From assembly GCA_049968255.1 (NCBI GenBank), contig JBMFRB010000010.1, positions 49,997 to 99,841 on the forward strand: a DNA stretch of 49,845 bases, written 5' to 3'. A program made the position numbers and the translations under genes. Below the pieces are notes generated by a model. It was not told the DNA's origin. It made no database searches and was given only the letters and a program-made list of their open reading frames with translations. Positions 19,991 through 28,554 of the stretch are shown piece by piece. This stretch comes from Candidatus Sumerlaeaceae bacterium. GTDB lineage: Bacteria > Sumerlaeota > Sumerlaeia > Sumerlaeales > Sumerlaeaceae. Positions within the stretch are counted from its first letter, which is position 1; each line of letters opens with the position of its first letter.

Positions 19991-21025
19991 GTGCCGGCCG
20001 TAACGTATGTGCCAAGTTTTGAATTGGTTCTGACGCGCCGCTGCGCCTATACGTGCGGCTATTGCTATTTCACAAATCGCCCGAGCCCCCTGCCGCCGTC
20101 GCGGAAGGTTGTACGGCGCTTGCTGCGCCTAGCCGGGCGGCTCGACGTCAATCAGGTCACCCTGACGGCCGGAGAGGGGATTGCGGACCTGCCGGAAATT
20201 ATGCGGGTGTGCCGCTACTATGGGTATACCACGTGGTTTGAGTATCTCACGGACCTTCTTCGTACGATTGAGTCCACCAATGGTCGCCCACTGGTGCCTG
20301 TGCTCGATGTGGGCGCAATTAGCTTCGCGGAACTGCAGAAGATGCGGCTTGTGGTGCCTGCGTTGCGGATTATGCTGGAAAGCGCGGATGACAGCTTGCT
20401 TTATCGGGCCGCGCACCGTGGCGCCCCGCAAAAGTCTTTTGCGGCTCGGCTGCGTGCCCTCGAAACGGCGGGCTGCCTGGGTGTGCCGGTTGTCACGGGG
20501 ATTCTCGTCGGTATAGGAGAACATTCCTCGACGTGGGCAAGAGCGGCAGAGGCTATTGCCTCACTGCACGAGCGATATCATCACATTCAGCAGTTTGTGC
20601 TGACGCCGTTCCAACCGTCGCCCCGCACCCCGATGGAACTGCATGCCCCACCAAGCGTGGAGACATTCACACAGGCATGCTCTGTAGTGAGAAAAGTGCT
20701 CGACAGCAGAGTCATTGTTTCGGCGGAGATTGGTGGACGGCTAGATTTTTTGGGGCCGGTGCTCGAGACGGGGATTCGTGATCTCGGGGAAATCCGGCTT
20801 GCCACGAGTGAGCGGGTGGATACGGAGCTGGCTTGCGCTTTGGCTGAGGTTGGACGGGCGCTCGCCAAGGACGGGCTTCAGTTACGTCCGCGCCAGACCC
20901 TTGTCAACGGCATCCGATCGCGTGGGATTTTGCCCGCGGAGATCATGGGCTTGCTCCGACGTCAGCGCGAATATCAACGTCCCCGGCGCGATGGAAATGA
21001 CAGCTCCGCCACGACCGCATTGTAG
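19991..21025 (+). CDS. Radical SAM protein, CofG (FO synthase subunit 1)-like, divergent
   Basis: VTYVPSFELVLTRRCAYTCGYCYF; LRIMLES; HRGAPQK..ARL; VTGILVGIGE; LHERYHHIQ; FQPSPRTPM parallel the CofG motifs. Confidence 0.75.
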   Translation: MPAVTYVPSFELVLTRRCAYTCGYCYFTNRPSPLPPSRKVVRRLLRLAGRLDVNQVTLTAGEGIADLPEIMRVCRYYGYTTWFEYLTDLLRTIESTNGRPLVPVLDVGAISFAELQKMRLVVPALRIMLESADDSLLYRAAHRGAPQKSFAARLRALETAGCLGVPVVTGILVGIGEHSSTWARAAEAIASLHERYHHIQQFVLTPFQPSPRTPMELHAPPSVETFTQACSVVRKVLDSRVIVSAEIGGRLDFLGPVLETGIRDLGEIRLATSERVDTELACALAEVGRALAKDGLQLRPRQTLVNGIRSRGILPAEIMGLLRRQREYQRPRRDGNDSSATTAL

Positions 21026-21108
21026 ACGCTGTCGGGGCCTTGCAGAACAAGGATATGAATAAACGAGCTTGATAGCTTAGCGGGATCAAGCTGATCGGCC
21101 CGGTTCTC

Positions 21109-22410
21109 TCACTTGGCGCGTTTCTTCGTGCGGATTCGCATAGATTCGGCGTGGGCATAGAGCCCCTCCGATTCAGCGAGTGCAATGACGTGCGGAGCAT
21201 CCTTCTCCAACTGGGTGGGCTCATAACACAGCACGTTACTCGCTTTCAGGAAAGCGTCCACACCAAGCGGGGAGAAGAAGCGAGCGGTTCCTGCCGTGGG
21301 CAGCACGTGGTTGGGTCCGGCGATATAGTCGCCAACAGCTTCTGGAGTGTAAGCGCCGAGGAAAATGGCGCCGACGTTCGAAATGCGCGCCGCCAGCTTC
21401 TCGGGGGCTCGGGTTATGATTTCGAGGTGTTCGGGAGCTTTTAGTTCGGCCACTTCCACGGCCTCGTCCGGCGTGTCCACCCGCACGAAAAAACCGGCAT
21501 GGCGCAGCGAAGACAGGGCCTGCTGGCGGCGCGGCGCATTTTGTAGCTGAAGACGCAGTTCTCGTTCCACGGCGTCGAAATCAAAGTCAGCCCCGATGCC
21601 CACGAGCACAACCGTTTCGCTGCCTGTGTGTTCGGCCTGGGCAAGAAGATCAGCGGCCAAGAAATCGGCGCGAGCGGTTTTGTCGGCGATGATGAGCACT
21701 TCACTCTCGCCGGCCACCGAGTCTATGTCAATCTGGCCATAAAGCAGCCGCTTTGCCGTGGCGACAAAGATGTTGCCTGGCCCCACCACCTTGTCCACTT
21801 GGGGGATGGTCTCAGTCCCGAAAGCGAGAGCTGCCACCGCCTGCGCGCCGCCAACCTGAAACACATTGCGCCCAAGGCCAAGCTGATGCGCCACGGCGAA
21901 CGGTGTAAAGTGTTGGGCATCCTCGCGCACGGGCGGTGTGACGATGTAGATTTCCGGCACGCCGGCAATCAACGCAGGAATGGCGTTCATAAGAACCGTC
22001 GAGGGATAAATGGCTCGGCCGCCTGGGACGTAGACGCCGACACGTTTGAGCGGGCGGATGCGTTGCTCGAGGCGCATGCCACGAGTGCGTATGACGTAGC
22101 CTTTGCGCAGTTGTTTGCGGTGGAAGCGCTCGATGCGCTGCTTGGCAAGCGTGAGGGCAGCCGAAAGTTCTTTGCTCAGCGAGCGCCAGGCGCGTTGGCA
22201 AATGTCGGGTGCCACGCGTAACGTCTCGCCAGAGAGCTCGACGCCGTCGAAACGCTTCGTGAAGCGAATGACAGCTTTGTCGCCCTCGCGCTCAACGGCG
22301 CGGATGATTTTTTCCACAGCTGCCACGATTTCGGGCGGCGATTGATGGGTGCGCCGGAAAGCGCGCACTAGGTTTTCGCGATCGCGGGGATACTCGAAGT
22401 ATTTCATCAT
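21109..22410 (-). CDS. hisD: Histidinol dehydrogenase
   Basis: VGVYVPGGRAIYPSTVLMNAIPA, GGAQAVAALAFGTETI, VGPGNIFV, DLLAQAEH, APEHLE, GDYIAGPNHVLPT. Confidence 0.97.
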   Translation of the reverse strand: MMKYFEYPRDRENLVRAFRRTHQSPPEIVAAVEKIIRAVEREGDKAVIRFTKRFDGVELSGETLRVAPDICQRAWRSLSKELSAALTLAKQRIERFHRKQLRKGYVIRTRGMRLEQRIRPLKRVGVYVPGGRAIYPSTVLMNAIPALIAGVPEIYIVTPPVREDAQHFTPFAVAHQLGLGRNVFQVGGAQAVAALAFGTETIPQVDKVVGPGNIFVATAKRLLYGQIDIDSVAGESEVLIIADKTARADFLAADLLAQAEHTGSETVVLVGIGADFDFDAVERELRLQLQNAPRRQQALSSLRHAGFFVRVDTPDEAVEVAELKAPEHLEIITRAPEKLAARISNVGAIFLGAYTPEAVGDYIAGPNHVLPTAGTARFFSPLGVDAFLKASNVLCYEPTQLEKDAPHVIALAESEGLYAHAESMRIRTKKRAK

Positions 22411-22505
22411 GGACGACCTGTCGTTCTCCTTACTGAACAAGACACAGCACTTTTTGCTTTGAATTCGCGCGGCACTTGCGGCGACATTCACAAATAAGGT
22501 CGACC

Positions 22506-22817
22506 ATGTATCTGGCGAAAGTCATCGGCAAAATTATCAGCACGGACAAATACGACGCTTACGCGAACAAGAAGCTGCTCATGGTGCAGCGCATTTCGCT
22601 CGACGGCAAGGCAAGTGGGCTGCCGACGATGGCCATTGATTACGTGGGTGCGGGCGAGGGCGACATTGTGCTTGTCGGCGCGGCGCCCGGTCTGGCCTCC
22701 ACAGTTTTCAAAGTTCCCAAAGCACCAATCCGTGAGCTCATCATGGGTGTTGTCGACCGCGTGGATATTCCCGGTCTTGCTCCTTACGGCAACAGCGTGC
22801 AGCGCTCGAAAAAGTGA
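22506..22817 (+). CDS. EutN/CcmL-family bacterial microcompartment vertex (BMC-P) protein
   Basis: MYLAKVIGKIIST.K, KLLMVQ, AIDYVGAGEGDIVLV, PI..LIMGVVD. Confidence 0.9.
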   Translation: MYLAKVIGKIISTDKYDAYANKKLLMVQRISLDGKASGLPTMAIDYVGAGEGDIVLVGAAPGLASTVFKVPKAPIRELIMGVVDRVDIPGLAPYGNSVQRSKK

Positions 22818-23189
22818 CACCAAGCCCACCCTTGCTGATCAACATGATCGTTTTCGTCGACGGGGGTGGAGATTTCGGCCAGTCACGTGGAAGGCAGTTT
22901 TCGTCTGCCTCCCAGGTTTAGCCGCAAGACTAAGATGTGTGGGAATTCACACGAGTGGGAAGAATCCAACAGCCTCTTTCTCTCTCGAGACCACTGTGTT
23001 GGATAAGCCAAAGCTTTGCGCTCCATAATCCAGTAAGAATTTTTGAGAACAGCAGGAGCAGGTGTTGGCGAAGTCAAGAGGTGACGCGTCCGGCCATGAT
23101 AAAAGCGTAGAGTGAAATAAAACACGGTGGATAGGTAGAGCTGCGCGTGCGCGATATATTAGTAGGATTCTGGGGGGAAACACAAAAGA

Positions 23190-23266
23190 TGGTCGGGGCG
23201 ACTGGATTTGAACCAGCGACCACCTGAACCCCATTCAGGTACGCTACCAGGCTGCGCTACGCCCCG
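23190..23266 (-). tRNA. tRNA-Pro (anticodon GGG)
   Basis: Minus strand CGGGGCGTAGCGCAGCCTGGTAGCGTACCTGAATGGGGTTCAGGTGGTCGCTGGTTCAAATCCAGTCGCCCCGACCA. Confidence 0.97.
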
Positions 23267-23731
23267 ACCATTGCCTTTGTATTTTAGCGGGGGACGGAGC
23301 TTCTTATTCAACTGTGGCCATAGGAGCAACGGGCACCTGCGTGTGCGGAGTTTGCCGGCTTGTCGCACTAGGGGGATGAAAAGCGCAGCAACGTTTCGGC
23401 GCGGGGCTCCAATCGCGGAAACAAGTCCTTGTGCCGCAACAGCGTAGATGCGGTGGGTCCGAGTTTCGGGCTTACAAAACATGCGCCAGAGCTGAAGCGT
23501 TTTCCACGACGCGACCGTGCTAAAGAGCTGCGCCACGCAGCTGGGACGCAGGCGCTAGGCTTGTGGGCGAGGAGGTCTGCGGTTATTTTTTCAGGTTTGT
23601 TCTCACCGAGCGAGCGCTCCCGGTTTTTTTTCACAGCGGATGACCAGCGATGAAATTTCGGGGGAGGTTCTTCGCAATCCGCAGGCGAAGATGCTGGCAC
23701 ACTCTCGAAAGCCACGATTCGTGGTCGTGCA

Positions 23732-25696
23732 CTACTGCGCAGGTTGGGTCATGGTTTTGAAAACGTAACCCTGTTTGCCCTCGGGCAAAGTCACACGGTA
23801 GCCGATGCTGTCGGGGTCCTCTTCGGCTGGCAAGATGGTGCCAGCAGGAAGTCGGTTCAGGACGCGTTTGCCGCGCGGATCCGCGTAGACAGGGACGGGC
23901 TCATTTGGCGATGCGTCCTTGATGCGAAGCTCGACCTTCAGCCCCTTTGGACTTTGGTTGCTTGCTTCCCCGCCGAAAATCTCCGGCCTGGCGTCTTCGA
24001 TGCGTACAAGGTACGGGCGGCCCTCATAAACGACCTGATAATACTCTCCCCCTGGACTCAGCTTGAGCACGCGCTCAAAAGAGAGTCGGGTGCCTGCGGG
24101 TAAATCGAGTGTTTGTTTTGTCGGTGCATCCGCGAGGAAAAGCGGGATGCGCTCGCCGGCCACGGCGTTTGCTCGGCCGAGAATCACACGGGAAATTTCT
24201 GCGGGCTTTGGTGTGAGTGGCAGCGCTGAGGGGGACTCGACATTTTCCCGCAGCAAACCTGGTGGAGGGGGTGCTGCTGTCACCCGGCGGGGCGATGGGG
24301 CGCTTTGCGCATCGGGCCCTTGTGTTGGGCCGATCGGGGTCGGCTTGGTCGCGGCCGCCACATCAAACCCCACTGGGGTAGGTGTTGGCGAAGGAACCAC
24401 AGCTGTCGGACTCATCTGTGCCTGAACCACTGGAGTCGGGGATGTGGAAGGAGGCGCGGCAGGCATAGGTGGGGCAACTGCTGGTCGAGAGTGCACCTCT
24501 ACGGCCGGAGTCAGTGGCTGCATGCGCATGATAGCGACGATGCCAAAAATGCTGAGCGCGACAATCACGATTCCGGCAAACGCGAGAATAAGAGCAAAGT
24601 TGCGATCGCGCGTCGGCAGCGGTGTCGCTACGGTGAGGGTAGCGTGCTGGTCGGACGTGGGGCTCTGCTTGTTTTCGACGTGCGTCTTGAGGTTTGCTTC
24701 GCCCGTGGTCTCACTGGGAGGGGGTGGGCCGGCGGGTTGCTCTGCCTCCTGCGGTGTGGGCACAGTGGAAGTAATTGCATGGGCGGCGGGCTTGACGCGG
24801 ACGTCGGGCGCCAGGGCGGCGAGCGCAGCGGCAAGTCCGCCATAAGTTTGATAGCGGTCCTCGGGATTCTTTGCGGTCATCTTTTTGATGACCTCGAGGA
24901 CGCGTCCATTTTCGAGCTGCTTGAGGTATTCGGGCTCAGGCAGCGGATCCTGAATTTGACGCAGTAACACCGTGAGTGGCGTTTGGCCTGTGAAGGGCAA
25001 TTCGTTCGTGAGCATCTGGTAGAAGCTAATACCGAGCGCGTAGATATCGCTGCGGTGATCGGCCTCTTCGCCGCGTGCCTGCTCTGGGGACATGTAGTTT
25101 GGGCTTCCGATGGCAGTTCCCGCGACGGTCATCTGCGAATCGTGTTCGATGATTTTCGCAAGCCCGAAATCCGCAATTTTTACGCGGAAGTCGCTGGAGA
25201 TCATCATGTTGCTGGGCTTGATGTCGCGATGGATGATCCCACGCGCGCAGGCGTAGCCGAGCCCTTCGACGGCCTGAAGGAGGATGTTCACGCACTCCTT
25301 GAGGGGCAACGGACCGAGACGCTTGAGACGCTGGGAGACCGTCTCGCCGTCGACGTATTCCATCACCATGTAGATGATGGGACCTTCTTCACCGATTGCA
25401 TAAACCTGGACGATGTTGGGGTGGTTCAGGCGCGCTACCGCGCGCGCTTCGCGGTAGAAACGCTTTACGGCATCTTCACGGGCCATGAGTTCCCGACGCA
25501 TAAGTTTGATGGCCACTTCGCGATCGAGCTTGGTGTCGTGGGCGAGCCACACTTCGCCCATTCCGCCGCGCCCTAGCAAACGCAGCAAGCGGTAGGGACC
25601 AAGTTTTTCGGGTACATCCACGATCATCGTGGGATCAGGGCCCGTCGCGGAGTCTAATGAGTGGTCCTTTGTGTTGAATTCTTCAGGCATGTCCAC
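23732..25696 (-). CDS. Hanks-type membrane Ser/Thr protein kinase with Pro/Thr linker and two SH3b-like extracellular repeats
   Basis: LGRGGMGEV, VAIK, HPNIV, HRDIKPSN, DFGLA, GSPNYMSPEQ, SDIYALG; TM FALILAFAGIVIVALSIFGIVAIM; two LPAGT-containing repeats. Confidence 0.93.
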   Translation of the reverse strand: MDMPEEFNTKDHSLDSATGPDPTMIVDVPEKLGPYRLLRLLGRGGMGEVWLAHDTKLDREVAIKLMRRELMAREDAVKRFYREARAVARLNHPNIVQVYAIGEEGPIIYMVMEYVDGETVSQRLKRLGPLPLKECVNILLQAVEGLGYACARGIIHRDIKPSNMMISSDFRVKIADFGLAKIIEHDSQMTVAGTAIGSPNYMSPEQARGEEADHRSDIYALGISFYQMLTNELPFTGQTPLTVLLRQIQDPLPEPEYLKQLENGRVLEVIKKMTAKNPEDRYQTYGGLAAALAALAPDVRVKPAAHAITSTVPTPQEAEQPAGPPPPSETTGEANLKTHVENKQSPTSDQHATLTVATPLPTRDRNFALILAFAGIVIVALSIFGIVAIMRMQPLTPAVEVHSRPAVAPPMPAAPPSTSPTPVVQAQMSPTAVVPSPTPTPVGFDVAAATKPTPIGPTQGPDAQSAPSPRRVTAAPPPPGLLRENVESPSALPLTPKPAEISRVILGRANAVAGERIPLFLADAPTKQTLDLPAGTRLSFERVLKLSPGGEYYQVVYEGRPYLVRIEDARPEIFGGEASNQSPKGLKVELRIKDASPNEPVPVYADPRGKRVLNRLPAGTILPAEEDPDSIGYRVTLPEGKQGYVFKTMTQPAQ

Positions 25697-25805
25697 CGCC
25701 AGACGTCTTCACTTTCGAAAGCTTTTTATAGGTCAACGTGCTGAGAATGCAACAGTGGAAGTTTATCAGAGATTGGGGCGACGGAGCATCACGGCGCGAG
25801 TCGGT

Positions 25806-27539
25806 TCACTCATAAAGTTCAAAAAAGGCCGTTTCGCCGACTTGGCGCCAATGCGAGCGAAGGTATTGCGTGAGGGGATAACGCGGAGCCAGGGGCCGCA
25901 GCTTCTCTGCCAGCGCATCGGTTTCGTAGCGTGTCACGAGGACCGTGACTTGACCGCGGCTGGCCTCCAGCGCGCGAATGGCTTGTTCGCGCAGCACGCT
26001 GTTGGGTAGCTCCACTTCGTTGTCCCAAACCAGGGGCAGGGGATTACGTTGCGCGGCGCGAATCCACCATGCCGAGCAATCGGGCAGGATTGCATATCGA
26101 CGCCGCTGTTGCGTGAACGAAGTTGTGAGATCACGGAGATCTGCCAGCAGGGCTGCGGTGCGTACGTTTGTGCGCAGGTAAGCCGCGCCTGCCATCACGC
26201 CGTCGAGCGATGCCGTGAGCGCCTCTGCCGGTGCCTCGCGATAGATTTTGTGACGACGCGCATCATGAAAAACAACGATGAGGCCCCCGATCGTGAGGGT
26301 GAGGGCTATGCCATAGAGCAATTTTGAATGGCGCCGCATTGTGAGACGCTCGGGAGTAAGAATCGCGAAAATTGCACACCACAGCGCGCCGGCGGCAAGA
26401 GCCGGATAATTGACGGCGATTGAAAGAGCAGAGCACCAGGCGACGATGGCCGCTTCGGTGGCGAAGAGGGCGAGGGCGTGCGAATGTCGTTTGCGCCTTG
26501 CGGGGAGCGCAAAATGAGGACGCGTTGCGCTGCTGCCCAGGGCAAGCCCGAGCGCGACAGCAAAAAGATGGATGGACACCTCAGCAGGATGCCAGAATAA
26601 CAGCCACGGCAGCGGCGCGAAGATCCCCGCTACAAAGAGGAGCGAGACGGCCCCCTGAACTCGATATCGTTCGCAGAGAGGGTGACGGCGAATGCGGCCC
26701 AAAGAGATCCAGGCGGCAGCTGCCGCCACGACACCCAAAAACGGGGGATATTGAATCACATAAACCGCGAATGCGGTGCGGAAAAAACGAGAATTTGCCG
26801 TGAGCTGTTCGAGAAGCTGGCGGCCGCTTCCCTTGAGCAAGAACAGCGCTGTGTAAGCGAGTCCCGGCAGGATCGCGCAGCACCATGCACGCCAGTTGGG
26901 TCGGTAGGGCGAAACAAGAAGAAGCAGCGGTACAGCGAGGGAGAAGCTCTGTTTGCTCAGAGGGGCAAAGCCAATGAGCAACCAGCCTAGCAGGCGAAGC
27001 GACGAGCGCGAAGACTTTGTGGCCGCTAGTCCTAACGAAATCAAAAAAAGGCCGTCAATAGTATGCCAGGCCATGATGGGAAATGTGTGAGATCCGAGAA
27101 AGAAGGCCCCAGCCACGCACAACAGTTCCTCTGAGGGAGTCAGGACTTTGCGTAGGACGTGGCGCAGGAGAACGCTTGCCCAGAGCCAGCTTATGAGTGC
27201 CCATTGCAGCCAAACGATGGCGCGCGACAAGAAGATGACGGAGTTGCCTCCCCACGCCACCACTGGCGCCCACAGCACGTAACTGAGAGCCGTGCGTACC
27301 GAAAAAAAATCGCGATGGGGCCATTGGCCATCGAGCACTCGTCGCGCGAACGCAAGTTGGAGCCCATCGTCGGTTGGGTTGAGTCCAAGAGGCGAAAAAA
27401 GCGCGTGGCAAACGAGTGCGATGATGATCGCGAAGATGAGTGGAAGCACACGCACAACGCGGTGTGCGGAACCGGCGGTGAAAAACAAAAAAGGTGAAGC
27501 TTCGAATGGAAGCTCCACCTTTGATTGATTTGCGGACAT
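25806..27539 (-). CDS. Polytopic membrane protein, GT-C-like glycosyltransferase
   Basis: First loop LNPTDDGLQLAFARRVLDGQWPHRDFF (acidic DD, P.RDF as in the other two copies), LSKQ, many TM helices, soluble C-terminal domain. Confidence 0.65.
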   Translation of the reverse strand: MSANQSKVELPFEASPFLFFTAGSAHRVVRVLPLIFAIIIALVCHALFSPLGLNPTDDGLQLAFARRVLDGQWPHRDFFSVRTALSYVLWAPVVAWGGNSVIFLSRAIVWLQWALISWLWASVLLRHVLRKVLTPSEELLCVAGAFFLGSHTFPIMAWHTIDGLFLISLGLAATKSSRSSLRLLGWLLIGFAPLSKQSFSLAVPLLLLVSPYRPNWRAWCCAILPGLAYTALFLLKGSGRQLLEQLTANSRFFRTAFAVYVIQYPPFLGVVAAAAAWISLGRIRRHPLCERYRVQGAVSLLFVAGIFAPLPWLLFWHPAEVSIHLFAVALGLALGSSATRPHFALPARRKRHSHALALFATEAAIVAWCSALSIAVNYPALAAGALWCAIFAILTPERLTMRRHSKLLYGIALTLTIGGLIVVFHDARRHKIYREAPAEALTASLDGVMAGAAYLRTNVRTAALLADLRDLTTSFTQQRRRYAILPDCSAWWIRAAQRNPLPLVWDNEVELPNSVLREQAIRALEASRGQVTVLVTRYETDALAEKLRPLAPRYPLTQYLRSHWRQVGETAFFELYE

Positions 27540-27567
27540 CGGTCTGCTCGACCGAACAGCGCCTTAG

Positions 27568-28452
27568 TCAGTTTGTCTTTTTCCAAGGTGCATCGGAGAG
27601 AGCTGGCTGCGGAGTAGCTGTCGGGGCCGCAGGCGCGGGCGTCTCGGCTGGTGTGGCGGCGGCCTGCGGTTGAGGGGTTGGTGCCGGAGTCTGCGCCGTT
27701 GCTGGAGTGACAGCGGGCTTGGCCGCGGCACCTTTCAGCACGGAAGGAACATCGAGCTCGATGCGCCATCCTTCTTTCGTTCGCACGAGTTCGAAGGTCC
27801 ACGTGACCTTCTGTCCGTCGTAATAGGTGATCAGCGACTCCACGCGGGCCCCATCCCCACGGAGAACGACTTCGTTGCTGGCATTGCGGATGGTGCCATC
27901 GTGGGTAATTGTGTCGAGGACGCGTTTGAGTCCACCGCCGAGTGCCGAATGTTCACCTTCGAAGTATTTCTGCACTGCGGGTGTGAGGGCGCGTTGGGCT
28001 TGGGCGTAATGGCCGAGATGGGCTGCCTGAAGGAAATCCGTGACGAGTTGCAACGTGTCGGAAATGTCGCGATCGCGAGCCAGCGTTGTTGCGTCGACCT
28101 TAGTTTTTTCCTCTTCCGTCTTTTTCGGTGTAACCTTGGGCTTGGGTGTCTCCTTTGGGCGGCTCACCTCGCGAGGCTTTTCTGTTTCCGTTCGTTCCGC
28201 GCGCCGTATAGTGCGTTGGGGCTCGGGCGCTGCTTGGCGTGCAGAGGGCGCTTTTGTGGGTGCGGGCGTGGTCTCTACAGCGGGTGCCTGCTCTTGGGGT
28301 GCGGGCGTTGCTCGTACACGGCGGAAGAAACTCCGCGGCGTCGGCGTGGGGTCGGCAGCCATGCTTTCTCCGCGCCCCAACACTTGTGCCATTGGTAGCG
28401 ATGGGACGACTGTGGCCATGAGGAGCAGCCATCCGAGGGTTCTCTTGTTCAT
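27568..28452 (-). CDS. Secreted hypothetical protein; central NTF2-like (DUF4878-like) domain flanked by Pro/Thr/Ala-rich segments
   Basis: GAGG RBS; signal peptide; VTDFLQAAHLGHYAQAQRALT...ARVESLITYYDG...FELVRTKEGWRI. Confidence 0.7.
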   Translation of the reverse strand: MNKRTLGWLLLMATVVPSLPMAQVLGRGESMAADPTPTPRSFFRRVRATPAPQEQAPAVETTPAPTKAPSARQAAPEPQRTIRRAERTETEKPREVSRPKETPKPKVTPKKTEEEKTKVDATTLARDRDISDTLQLVTDFLQAAHLGHYAQAQRALTPAVQKYFEGEHSALGGGLKRVLDTITHDGTIRNASNEVVLRGDGARVESLITYYDGQKVTWTFELVRTKEGWRIELDVPSVLKGAAAKPAVTPATAQTPAPTPQPQAAATPAETPAPAAPTATPQPALSDAPWKKTN

Positions 28453-28554
28453 CCTCTTAGTTCCTCTCTTTCGCTGATTTCAGGCGATTCTCATTTCGGT
28501 GCAGTCACAAATTCAGCAGTGCATGCCATGCTAAGCGCAAACGCAAGTCCTTAG

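Noticed and set aside
16135-23266. Genomic island bounded by the two tRNAs
   Set aside because: No integrase, no duplicated tRNA 3' end (att site), and the content includes hisD and a housekeeping peptidase.
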